Of a stretch of DNA of 64,000 nt, positions 13,301 through 59,844 are shown piece by piece. The notes under the pieces were generated by a model. That model was not told the origin of the DNA, did not search any database, and was given only the letters and a program-made list of their open reading frames with translations. Within the stretch, counting starts at the first letter, position 1; each line of letters begins with the position of its first letter. The stretch spans positions 27,032,001-27,096,000 of the forward strand of contig CM120642.1 of the NCBI GenBank assembly GCA_051362555.1. The letters are read 5' to 3'. Origin of the DNA: Lingula anatina (lineage: Eukaryota; Animalia; Brachiopoda). The translations under genes and the position numbers were made by a program.

Positions 13301-14587
13301 ATACATTTCTTTTAAACTTATATATACACTCTCAGTGCTTATACCTAAACCATAAGTATATGTAGACACATTTAAGTTTTTTATATCATCAGCAATTTTT
13401 CTTTCCTTCCAAACATATTTCATTTTGACACTGGGTTAACTGACAACAACAAATTTTCTAGGAGCATCCTAAAATGCCTCACTTTAATTAAATCACAGTT
13501 CTGCTGGTCATATCATTGTTTCATAAAGAGAGTGGGAGGACAGATTCACAACCTGCCCACTGCTTCCATTTAGCAAATGAAAATACTTCCTAATAAGATA
13601 CTGCTGTCTTGAAGAGATAAGAAAAGGGCCATCTTCCTACAGTACAGAATTATTGATCAGTGCATAATTCAATAAAGAATCATAGATACTAATCTTGGTT
13701 GATGATGTTAAGCTCTTAGATTTGTTCACATATGAAAAATAGAAAATCCTCAACTGATGACACCCCATAGAATTCTTCAGGATCCATTTAATTTTATGAC
13801 TTAGAATGCACCTTTAGATCCCAAGTAGAAAATGTCAGTAAAGATGTCTACGGACACAGGTAAGCATACATTCTCAACTCTCAGTTAGTAATCTTCATCT
13901 CATCTACCTTGACTCGGCCAGCTTAATGCATTTAAATACTGTTCAGTATGACTATCAGGTTACATCACATTGGCTCCACAGCTTGATCTAATAATCAACT
14001 TTTAGCTGACTTCAAGCTGTGAACCCAGCAGGTTAATTGTAATCAATACTGATGAACCAATTTTTTTAAAGTGAATGAATAAAAGTTGTTGAAGATCACT
14101 CTGAACCAACTTTTGCAAGAACTAATACAGAAAATAAATTTAAAAAAAGAGATCTTTAAAACATTCACACACACACACACACACACGCACACGAAGTCTT
14201 ACACAGAGTAATACTGTGACCTAATGACACCAGCTTTGTATTGAATTAAATACTTGTATTTCTTAAGTGTAGTACAATATTGTAACTGTCAAAATAAGCC
14301 TAAACAATGTAAGAACACTAATGGCAAGATACTTAAATATTCCTTCAAATTTGAATCAGTTCACTGAGTATACAAGGCCAATGTTTGCTGTATAGGCATG
14401 TATATATACAAAACATTTCAATATTACCCTCATTGCTTGATATAAACCATCATTAGGTTTATACATAAAATATTACAAGGATACTGATACGCCATCCCTG
14501 CATACAAGAAGACGCTACTTTGTACAAGTGATTGCTACACGTGGATGTATCTTTGGTTGTCACTGGTTCTGATAAAGTCTGTCCCAT
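7127..14587 (-). CDS. Protein phosphatase 2C (PPM family; resembles C. elegans T23F11.1 / yeast Ptc2-3 type), 317 aa; complement(join(14485..14587,12857..12940,10922..10987,10503..10568,9620..9693,8643..8784,8230..8313,7600..7745,7127..7315))
   Basis: Exons total 954 nt in one open frame. Contains [77 protein letters not shown] and GLGCDNMT: the canonical PP2C metal-binding motifs. Confidence 0.95.
7600..7745 (-). CDS. PP2C coding exon 8
   Basis: [49 protein letters not shown]; |gtgagt. Confidence 0.93.
8230..8313 (-). CDS. PP2C coding exon 7
   Basis: [28 protein letters not shown]. Confidence 0.93.
8643..8784 (-). CDS. PP2C coding exon 6
   Basis: [47 protein letters not shown]. Confidence 0.93.
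9620..9693 (-). CDS. PP2C coding exon 5
   Basis: [25 protein letters not shown]; ttcag|, |gtaagt. Confidence 0.9.
10503..10568 (-). CDS. PP2C coding exon 4
   Basis: [21 protein letters not shown]; tacag|, |gtaaaa. Confidence 0.9.
10922..10987 (-). CDS. PP2C coding exon 3
   Basis: [22 protein letters not shown]; cacag|, |gtaagt. Confidence 0.9.
12857..12940 (-). CDS. PP2C coding exon 2
   Basis: [28 protein letters not shown]; donor G|gtaagc. Confidence 0.93.
12941..14484 (-). other. U12-type (minor spliceosome) GT-AG intron of the PP2C gene
   Basis: 5' splice site GTATCCTT (14484-14477); branch site TTCCTTAAC (12959-12951) followed by TTAGTCACAG, with no polypyrimidine tract. Both match the U12 consensus. 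Confidence 0.92.
14485..14587 (-). CDS. PP2C coding exon 1
   Basis: ttttcag|A ATG; [34 protein letters not shown]; donor GTATCCTT (U12 type). Confidence 0.93.
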
Positions 14588-15017
14588 TCTGAAAATTGAA
14601 AAACAAAATGCATTTTAAAAACTTTAATATTTTAATCAAAGGAATTTTTTATGGGCATCAGTACTGCACTTCACAAAATATATTTAACCAGCATCTGCTA
14701 CCTGCTATATATATATTAACACTGGCCCCATCCCAAATTCCAGTAAAATTGAAACTGGGCTAGTAAGGTTTTATTAATATGTTTAGTTTCTGGTCACTGT
14801 TTTTCCTTTTGGTCTGTTGGTTTTTTAGACCATGTTTGCCTGAACAGCCAATAGGCTACTAGTAATTGCTTTTTTTTTTTTTTTTTTTTGTAGAAAATAC
14901 CAATTAGGAGGCTTAATCTGGGCAGGACAATACCCAGCTATAAAAAACTAAAGAAGACATTGGTTTCAAAATATACTTTAAAGCATAAAGGCTAAATAAA
15001 ATGTCAGGGAAGCTTAA

Positions 15018-15354
15018 AGTGATAATAACTCTTCGTTTCGGCCAAAAAATTAATTTTCCTGGAGTAAACAACAATTTTCCCATACTTACCAATGGTTAAT
15101 GAATCCATTTTTACATTCAAAGTTAGTCCCTGGTTTTTTTCTAAAAAGTTTGTTTTTTTGTTAAAATCTCTTAAGAGATTTTAACAGAGTATAGCCATCA
15201 ATGGAGGTCACGTGGTCTAAAGACAAGCTCAGATATCAGAATAATAGCTATAACAGCCGTTTTTGTGGGAAAACAGAATAAATTATATTTTTATGAGTCA
15301 CTCACAATGTTTTTATTGTGAAATACAGATTACATACGAAGAGTTATTATCCCT
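15018..15354. mobile_element. Non-autonomous TIR element with TTAA target-site duplication (Kolobok-like MITE)
   Basis: TTAA-AGTGATAATAACTCTTCGT ... ACGAAGAGTTATTATCCCT-TTAA: 19-bp TIR with 1 mismatch, RR..YY termini and TTAA flanks as in Kolobok. Confidence 0.75.
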
Positions 15355-15770
15355 TTAATTTTCCATATGACTGACATTGAATAACACCATTTTTTTTCCT
15401 TTGTACCATTTTAATATTGTCATGTTGCTAATGACAGTGTGACTCAGAGAGGTTGATACTGATTTCATATACACATTCCAAGAGAGGTTATCATGTGACA
15501 CCATGTTTTATGCATTGGGATCAGATTTGGATATGGGCCAGTTCTTTTAGAACAAAGACAGAAATGGGGACATAAAAAAGTTCAAGATAAAAAGGTTGTT
15601 TTGTAGGCAATCTACCAATGACATTCATATCATTATCTCAACAAATGAAAAATTTAATAATACTCCCAATATACCGGTAGTTCTGTTTACTGTAAACTGT
15701 ACTTAATGTTTTTTTGGCATGATATTAAGGATAAAATTATGTGCATATAACATCTGTATTGGCATAGTAT

Positions 15771-16020
15771 GGGACTGTTCACAATGAGTTTGGTCAGCCT
15801 AGCTTATGTGCACCAACTCCATGGGGACTCTAGCTGAATGGGATTTCAGATCAAAAGACAAACACATACTTGTATAATCACCAGTTTTTTTAATTTATAC
15901 AAAATATAATCGACTAAACACCAAGGAGGTGGCATGTTAGTTGGTGAATCTGATTGCATTCAGTGAAAGTCCCCATGGAGTAATTAGCTAGGTTCAATAA
16001 AATTCATTGTAAACAGTCCC
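15771..16020. mobile_element. MITE with long imperfect TIRs and 3-bp TSD (PIF/Harbinger-like)
   Basis: tat-GGGACTGTTCACAATGA ... TCATTGTAAACAGTCCC-tat; inner arms ACTCCATGGGGACT / AGTCCCCATGGAGT also pair. Confidence 0.75.
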
Positions 16021-17799
16021 TATGCCATAACTTAAGCTATACTGAAAGGTTGTATTTGTTTTGTGCACTTCTGACTGTTATGGCCCTCTGAGAACAGAGA
16101 CATTAATTTCAAGAATGACAGTTAAAACATTATAAGATCTTTTAATTGCATAAGACATTCCATCACTTCAGGTTGTAACATGCCCCCTTGTATTTTTTCA
16201 TACAGATAAGTAAAAACTAATGCTAGATGCTTTACTTGTACTTTTCTTATTACAATCAAAGAGAGAATATATATGTCAATGCTTTAGCTGAATTATCTTA
16301 TCAATGCTAACTTACACATGCTTGATGTTGATAGTGATAATGGTATGTATGCTAACAGTGATAATGTCATGAAATCAGTAAACTGACTATATGCAGAATA
16401 AGGCTTATCCCATCTGTGACTGTTGACATCAACAAATCAGTATACTATTGTGCATCTATATTACAGAGCAATATAAGTCTGGACTTTTCCAGCTTAGTAA
16501 TCAATACCTTTGATACCTCTTTTACAAGAAAATCTCTCTACGACTACCATTGTTAGTAACTGTACTTTGTAAGTCATTGAACATTAAGTTGAGTTTCTGA
16601 ATAACTGAACATATAGACTTAAAAAAGTGATATTTTGAACTATCTAATTTTTCTTTTAAGTACATTTTTGTCAAAATTTGTTTATGCAAACAATGACTCC
16701 TCCCACAAAATAACGGAGCTAGGCTCATGTCAGCATACAGTGTTTACAAAATGTTAAAAATATAACTTGGTTATTTGTTTCGTTTTAAAATACAGATACG
16801 ATAAATATTTTCGTTATTAAAAATGAAACTATGTGAAATTCTAGCCTGCAATGTTAACCACTAGCCATTATCAGTAAAAATAGGACCAGGCCATTGAAGT
16901 TTATGAAAAACAATCAGTTACTGGGCCAGTGGATTTTTTTTCTAGTTGAAACATCTACTCAAATTCGTCATATGTTTAGGTTAAATGTTAAAGTATTTTT
17001 TAATTCCATGTTTTCGTTCTTATTTGTACTTGGAAGCCTTTTTAATTTCAATGTGTTGAAAGTAAATTTGTTTTTTTTTTTTTTTTGTTTGTTTTTTAAT
17101 TTGTGCTTAAGCAATTGAATTTGGTTCTCAGACCCTGGTGGCCTAGATGGCCCTTTAGTTAAGAAGTATTTGGCACAGACTAAAATTCAGTACACAGAAG
17201 TTATAAAATGCTGTTCCTAACACAAACTTAGCATTCAAATGTCAAGAGATTGCATTCCAGTGATTAAAGTGACCATGCCATGTGGATGGCTAAGGGCAGC
17301 ACCTTCAGTAAAAGTCACAATACATAAGAGCCAGACCACCTCATTGAGAACCTGCTACATTGCATACACATGTAAAATGAAATCAAAATATTTGGCAGTA
17401 ATGGAAACAACCCCATAAACTATATGTGACACACAGAAAAATTAATGAGGCAGGTTGTTCACTTTGGAAAAGGCACAGTTAATTAAATTTTATCAGCAGA
17501 TACATTGACCAAAGACAATATATGACTGAATTTTGAAAAATATTTAATGTTAATTAAAAATCAAAAACGTGTATAAGTTCGGGAGGGGGGCATACTGTCA
17601 GACATAAGCAAGGCAAGTATCAATAATAGTGGCATTACTAGAAAGGTACATGTAAAAGTTGAGTTGGTCTTGTACTGGAAGGCAGACGGTATGACCGTGA
17701 GGCCTGTCATTTCACAGTGACTGTCATTGCAATTTAAACACTGCACACTGTACATGGTGTTTCAGTAGTTTCAAAAATAAAATTTCAAGTAGAAAAAAG

Positions 17800-18400
17800 G
17801 AACGCAAACAGCAAAATAAAACATCGTGGCATGAAAAACGCCGTCTCAATCTGAATCGGCCAATGCCTGTTCCTACCAACTGTGTTGACACTGCGCTTTC
17901 TAAACATTTATCGAACTGACAGCATTCTGCGATGACATTTATATATCCGTACTCAACACTCAATAGTTTCGCAGTTATAGCAATCATACATTTTAGTTAC
18001 AATTATACTTGCCTGCCTGTTTACAATCTAACAGCAGAAGTCACTTTTCCTTCCTAGTTTTGACCGCATTACAGATAAATGCACGATGTAAATTAGACCG
18101 TTAACCTGTTTAAATCAGTAAAGCGATGCTCGCTTTATATACAAATATGTTACCAACAAGAAAATAAAATGAACGGTTTACGGTGAAAAGATTAATAGAA
18201 ATGACGGTTAAACAAATATGAAGGAAATTGCTTAAAACGCGTAGTAATATTGACCTATTTCATTTTCTGCGGACCTAATCATATGCTTCTCTTTCAGTAT
18301 TCCAAATAGAAGCCTCGTTTAAGGAAGGGCAGGTAGATCTACGAGAAAAACAAACTGAAAAAGCGCCTCGAGTTCTTTTTCCAATCATTCTAAATACAAA
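17800..18400 (-). promoter_or_regulatory. Probable promoter / non-coding first exon region of the PP2C gene
   Basis: Local rise in CpG dinucleotides in otherwise CpG-poor DNA. The ATG exon has an acceptor 1 nt upstream of the ATG, so an upstream UTR exon is required. Candidate donor CAG|GCAAGT at 18012. Confidence 0.35.
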
Positions 18401-19866
18401 TATCTAGAGGTCCTTTTGAAGAAAACAGAAAAGTAAAAAATGAAGATAAAGATATATTCGTGAATTCTACTTTATCTCAAAAGTCTGATGACAGAAAGTG
18501 ATAAATCAGATTTTTTTTTTTAATTCATGCCCTGCTAGTATGGAGAGGTTTCGTATTCAATAAATTAAAATGTTTCAGTAATGAAAGATTTCAATACAAC
18601 AACTCTTTTGGCTAATATACACACGTTATTTATAGGATGTGTTCAGAATATTTCCCCCTAAAAGTAAATCATTATAACAAAAAATACATGTCTTTCAGCA
18701 TAAATTACTAGATTATTCAAGTGGACTTCATTCCTATCTAACGCACGTTTATATTTAATCCATTAAATGAAACTTGTAGAACAAGTAAAATTTAATATGT
18801 CAGCGATTGGTGAGATAAGAGAAGTCGATATGAAAAGCAACAACAAATCATGATTGCGGTGAAACGTAGATTGTGTTAGTTGTGCCAAGAAATAATGTGC
18901 CGAAATAGTCTGCATGCAACGCATCAGCTGACGCATTTCAAATTGTTCAATTAAAAAAGCGGGCCTAACACGATTACTATTTAGTTTATTTTTATTTATT
19001 AAAGTTTATTGGCTTGTTCTAGTGCCCAAAAGACTATCGGTTCATAAAACAATTTTCAATTACTATATGTTTTAAGAATAAATAATTATTAAGAAAAGAT
19101 GCCTTATTTGCATATAAGGCATCCAGTTAAGTCGGTCTATATAGGCCTAAATGTCTTCAGATAAACTTGGGGAAATTTAAAATTAATATAAAAATAAGTT
19201 AATATATTTGAAATTAGGATAATTAAAAACCCAGTATTATGATCTTCTCTTTTATTTTGATTAAAAAAACATCAAACTCATTTATGGGTACAGATTTTGT
19301 CAATGCATTGGGCGGAGAGAAAGCTAGGGCTAAATGCAAGTGTATTAAATGAGAACATGGGTTACATTTTCAGACCACTTTTGAGTTTATGTGCCTGATT
19401 TCCCTAGCTCTGCTTTCTTAATACGAACAATATGACATCTTTACCGGTTATTATCTGTGCACCTTCACCCCACACCAGTAGTTTTCCTGGAATCTCTTCC
19501 ATTAAGTGAAACCCTCATGTCATTGATAGATTACCCTCTACCAGGGCTGCAGATAAATTATGTACACTTTTTTCCATCGCGAAAACAGCAGAAAATCGTG
19601 TCATGAATTAGCAAGAAACACATATCTGTGAATATCTAGTGAAAAATCAATCTGTGATGCTGGAAGAGGGCATTGATAGAAAGCAATCAACGCTTATAAA
19701 GCCATACAATAAAATGTAATATATTTTCCTGTCGGCTATCTCACGAGGAGTGGCGAAAATTCGTCTTGGCACGGTTGTTGAGTAAAACACCTGAATTTGA
19801 TAAAATTCGATTGTTGTGTAAATAGGGTAGAATGGTATATAAACTGGTATTCTAAAAGAAGCCTCA

Positions 19867-19905
19867 GGACCCCCCTGCCCCCTCCCCCCTCTAAATCCGC
19901 CGCTG
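19867..19905 (-). mobile_element. Solo terminus of a CAG(C/T/G)GGCGGATTT-type MITE
   Basis: Reverse complement reads CAGCGGCGGATTTAGAGGGGG..., similar to the termini at 36364 and 63941. Confidence 0.5.
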
Positions 19906-20458
19906 CTGCCATTTTACAGATTACGTACGTTGCTTAAATAGGTACGTTCCAGATGTTCATGTGCTATTATACTTAAATATTGTAATTGCCAATAGAATGG
20001 AACCTCGTTCAAATTTATATAAAAAGGGACACCAAAATAATTATATGAAATTCAAAATACTAATATGGGAGATATGATGACTTAGAAGGAAGTATTTTTA
20101 TGACAGTTTTTCAGTGTACAGCCAGTTATTTGCATGGCCGCGTATTTGGCAAGCGTAACGTTTAAAGCTTTCCCTTTTTTTACTACTCCATTACGGTTAT
20201 TTATTGATCGACTTATTACATTTAAATATGTTAAAATATCAGCGTGACATTTTTAGCAGACGTGCCCACTTTGGCAAGACATGTTAACTATCAATACAAA
20301 TTCATCCTAATTTTTGGAATTTGGATTTTTCATGTGAACGGTGCCTTATTCTCAAGCGGACTATTCAAAACAATTATTTCTGTCCATTACAATCGCTTTC
20401 AATCTATATTTTTAAGTTTCTCGTTACAGTAACTCTTTGCCTGACTGGCAAATATAAT

Positions 20459-20595
20459 GACAGCATTACACAGTATCATACCCTGAACAAATTTTTAGTG
20501 GTGATGCAATGCTTTTCAACCCCGCTGAGAATCATCACTATCACATCGCGTACTAGGCAAGAGCGGTGTCGCGTCTGATACTGTGTAATGCGATC
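20459..20595. mobile_element. Small MITE-like inverted-repeat element
   Basis: Perfect 16-bp inverted repeat GCATTACACAGTATCA (20463-20478) / TGATACTGTGTAATGC (20576-20591); no clear TSD. Confidence 0.5.
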
Positions 20596-20856
20596 TGACA
20601 CACCTTAAAAACGGGTTGTGTGGTCTGATCTACCGGTGAATTCAGGATCATTCGGTGCAGAGTCTGGTAGTTGGGTAGGCCTGATAATGGTATCTTAAAC
20701 GCCGAACTAAAACGACGCATTGATCAGTATAGAAAAGTGTCTTTACTAAGTGTCTATAGTAAAGAGTTAAGAAAATTACTTTCTTTTTTATGTAGTACAA
20801 ACTATTTGGAAGAGAAAACAACACAAAGCACTGATTCATATTAAATGATGGTTCTT

Positions 20857-20862
20857 TTTATT
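20857..20862 (-). terminator. Probable polyadenylation signal of the AFF gene (3'UTR ~3.7 kb)
   Basis: AATAAA on - followed ~25 nt later by GU-rich GTGCTTTGTGTTGTTTTCTC; 20860-24575 is T/G-skewed on - like a 3'UTR. Confidence 0.55.
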
Positions 20863-23800
20863 GTTGGACATTGTGACTATGATAAAGATGAAGACATGCG
20901 CAGATTGTCATATTATAGAACAGTAAATATATATATATATATTTAAATATGTTATTGATATAATTATGATACAAGCAGAAAATGCATGGTAAGTTAGGAC
21001 AGTAATATTCCCATCATAGGAGTATGCAAATAATATACATAAGTTACATGTGTCAATCTGGAAATAACAGCAGTAATAGGATATAAGTGATTTTACCATG
21101 TTGATAAAATACTTGGAGTTGTACAGAAGACGAAAATAAACAGCTTCAAAATATATACATACATCTAGATGGAACAAATCTGTCTCAAGCAGTCAATGAA
21201 ACTTTGCAAGGAAGAGACCAGTCAGGGGCTATACTTAAGACCAGCAACCCAGTGACTAACTGTACCAAAACCCACGTTTTGTATCATGGCAGATGACTCA
21301 ATGTTGAATAGCACCATCACCTGATTGATGGTTTATAATGCATATTTAAAATCACCCCCCCCCCCTTCAAACACCCAATCATGCCACAAAAAAAAAAAAA
21401 AGACTAGAAGTCCTCCATGTTAAATACAAATCAGTCAAGATGTTCTCTTTATCAAAGTGTTAAACAATTTGCTTGGAAAAAATCAACTCAAGACACTTGC
21501 GTACACTACCTTTTACTGATGAACATTCTGTTCCCATTCACATACAACATTGGTGTTGGTTCACAAGAAATCAATCTCAGCAGAAAAGCGAAGTACGAGA
21601 TAATTAACAATTCTTTAAAATGGCAGTGTGAAGGGTGTCACTGTGTAATGAATGCACAACTTACGTAGGCGCAAATAAAATCAAAAGAACATGCTAAAAA
21701 ACCAAAAAGGATAGTAGTTGAAAAACATCACATGCATTATTAACAGATTATTTGGTTTCTACTATAAAAGGCAAATAATGTCTGTCAATTTACATGCTAC
21801 CAGTTGGCAAAAAAATTTGTTAACTGCATGAAGTACAGGTAGTGCATTTCTCTTTTACAAATGACCTCACTGGTTCAAAATGTGTCATGTTCCTGGTACA
21901 AAGAGCATCACAATTTTGTTCTAGGGAAATAGGCTTCAAGACTAGGCAAGTCACGTGAAGTAACTACATACAGCATTTTGTCTGAAAAGCCAATATTTCT
22001 AAGAGTTACTGCAATCTCTGATGCCGTGTCCAAAGAAAAAAATCTGTACTGACCATACCTGTAATTTTTGCCTGCAGAGGTCTTCTGTGCATCATGTAAA
22101 ATCAACCTCTCATTTGTGACCAACATTCCTTTTTTAAGTTACAGTTCTCTAAAGAGATGGTTTATGGACAATATACAACCAATCTTCAATCTCTTAATAA
22201 TACTGTCTCATGCATCCCATGTACACATTTGAGCAACAAGCATGATAATATCTCAGACCTTTAGAACCCTCAAATACTTGTACACAAATGTTACTGCTCT
22301 TCCATTATCAGCAAATTGTCCATATCTTTCTGAGTCCTCTAACCAAAACTCAAAAGATTAAAGTAATCTTGTACTTGTTTTCAAAATCAGTCTATAAGCA
22401 GTCTATAAGCAGTTAAATTTTGTAACAAGTTTAATTCACACAATTATTTTATGGTAAAATTTTAATGGTTCTATAACAAGGCAGTGCATTAAAGTTCCAC
22501 AGTTCCAAGAGTTCAACTGATTTATTTTAAACTTGGAAATACTTCCCATGCCTACAAAAATAATCTCTCTTTTACATTTTGGTCGGGTTCTTATTTTATG
22601 CCTACAATACATCTCTATAAAGATGAATAGAGCGAGAAGCACAGAGTGAGCTTGTGGTTAATAAATAAATAAATAAAAAAATAAATAAATAAATAAATCT
22701 GTTGCTTAAGGGTGTGACAGCATAGCCATATGTGTTTACCTTCCTTTATATTTGTAAATATATATATATCTTTTAAGTCTCACAACCCTCTCTAAAGTGT
22801 TCAGTGGTGGGTTAGGATGGTCAGCGGTTTTGCACAGATTAAATGCAACTGGTATTTTGATACAACCCCCCGATCTTCAGTGTCCAAATTTTTTCTAAAA
22901 AATTTACCGGCAGAAGAGTGCTAATAGTAAAGTGAAAAGATCATTTATCATGTCAAACAATGTCCAACACATTTATAAAATATATAGATATATCTTGCTG
23001 CATTTTTTTAACCAACATTACTAATATCGAGTCTAATAAATAGGCATTCGTGGTCATCATTACACTTAGTGTATGTGTCACTGACATTTCTACCTGCCCT
23101 AATTTCTTCTTCAGAATGGAAATACCCGTCTTAAAGACAGTCTGTGGACGGGTCTATTCAATCCATGGAGATAAAAGAAGTGGTATATAACCCAGTCTCA
23201 AGAAAACACAGTGACCGTGTTGTATCAAAATAAATTTTACTTAAGAGCAGATAAGGCAAAAGTGCATTTGCATGATATATTGGGAATATGAGTTACATAC
23301 TCAATTTTCATAACAATACAGATTTTTCTTTTTTATCTTTTTTTTTTAATCCTTATTTGGCAAACAAAGCATCTACAGGTTTTGAAAGAGATTTAGAGGA
23401 ATATGTGTGCACTTCTTTTCTCTCATAAAAGGTGTTTAAATAAATAAGAAAAATTACAAGATAAGACACATATTGCTGAAATATTTAGACCAATAAGCAG
23501 TCTATAATTCACCAAATACATGATGGTTTTGCACTTGTAAATGGTTTCACAGGTGAAAAATTAAAACGGCTTCATCAGCTGTAGTCGAGAGCAAAGAATT
23601 CATGAATCACTGGTGTGCACACTTATTCCTCTGAACCCAAACAACTGATGTCAATGAAAGTTGAATCATGAAGCACAACCATGGACAAAAAAACACATAC
23701 AAACATGCAAAGATGGCAAAATGCAGATAAAATTATACAAAAGTAAATTCCATTATTTCACGGTTTCTACTGCAATTCAGAATAGCAGAAAAAAATATGA

Positions 23801-24575
23801 AAAAAAAAATCAACAAAAATGACAAAACATAAAATACTAATTGTAGGTGTCAGTCATTGGCAGTCAGCAAATCGACTTCTTTCTCTTGTCACAACCTACA
23901 GGCTTTAAAGCCTGTCTTTGATACCTTTCATTTTTGAGTGAAGTTTTAGTTTACCCAGAATTCATGCGACAATATGGAAGACAGTTCAAGAGCAAACTGA
24001 TTTGGTGTTCAAACTGCAGCATAAGGAGTATTGCATTATTGTGACAAAATATCCCTGCTAAGACCGCAAACTATGATGAAACTTAACTTGTCAAATAATC
24101 TCTTACAATTTCTTTCCTGTACATTTTTCAACTCAAATATCTTGTAACACTCTACCAAGAGGCAGCGACTCTAACCAGTCATGTTAATTGCACTTCATAT
24201 CAAAACATTGCACGCCACAGGGATGGACTACTTTTCTGCAGAGCAAATTGCAGTTGAACCAATGTAAAAATATATACTGCCACACTCAACACAAGCTTTT
24301 ATCTGGGACACAACATACTGGCAATGGGTGAGTGGAATGTACAACTTTCAATCAAGATGTTTTCTATCAGATCTACTTAACAAAATATTTTTGAATGATT
24401 TGTTCTTCAATGCTGTGTCACTTCCTTCAGTACTGTGTATTAAGTGTGGCTGTGTTCTTGGAACTGGAAATACTGTATCCTTGCATCTGGCCTTTCTTGT
24501 CTCTGTGAGTCTGCTACTGCTAACTACTGCCACCTATGGGTCAGTCTCATAGTCCTTTAAACGACAACAGCCTTA

Positions 24576-59844
<35,269 letters not shown>

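Noticed and set aside
19098-19123. 10-bp hairpin around an ATTTGCAT octamer as a Helitron end or snRNA promoter element
   Set aside because: No CTRR terminus, no recognisable snRNA downstream; too short to support.
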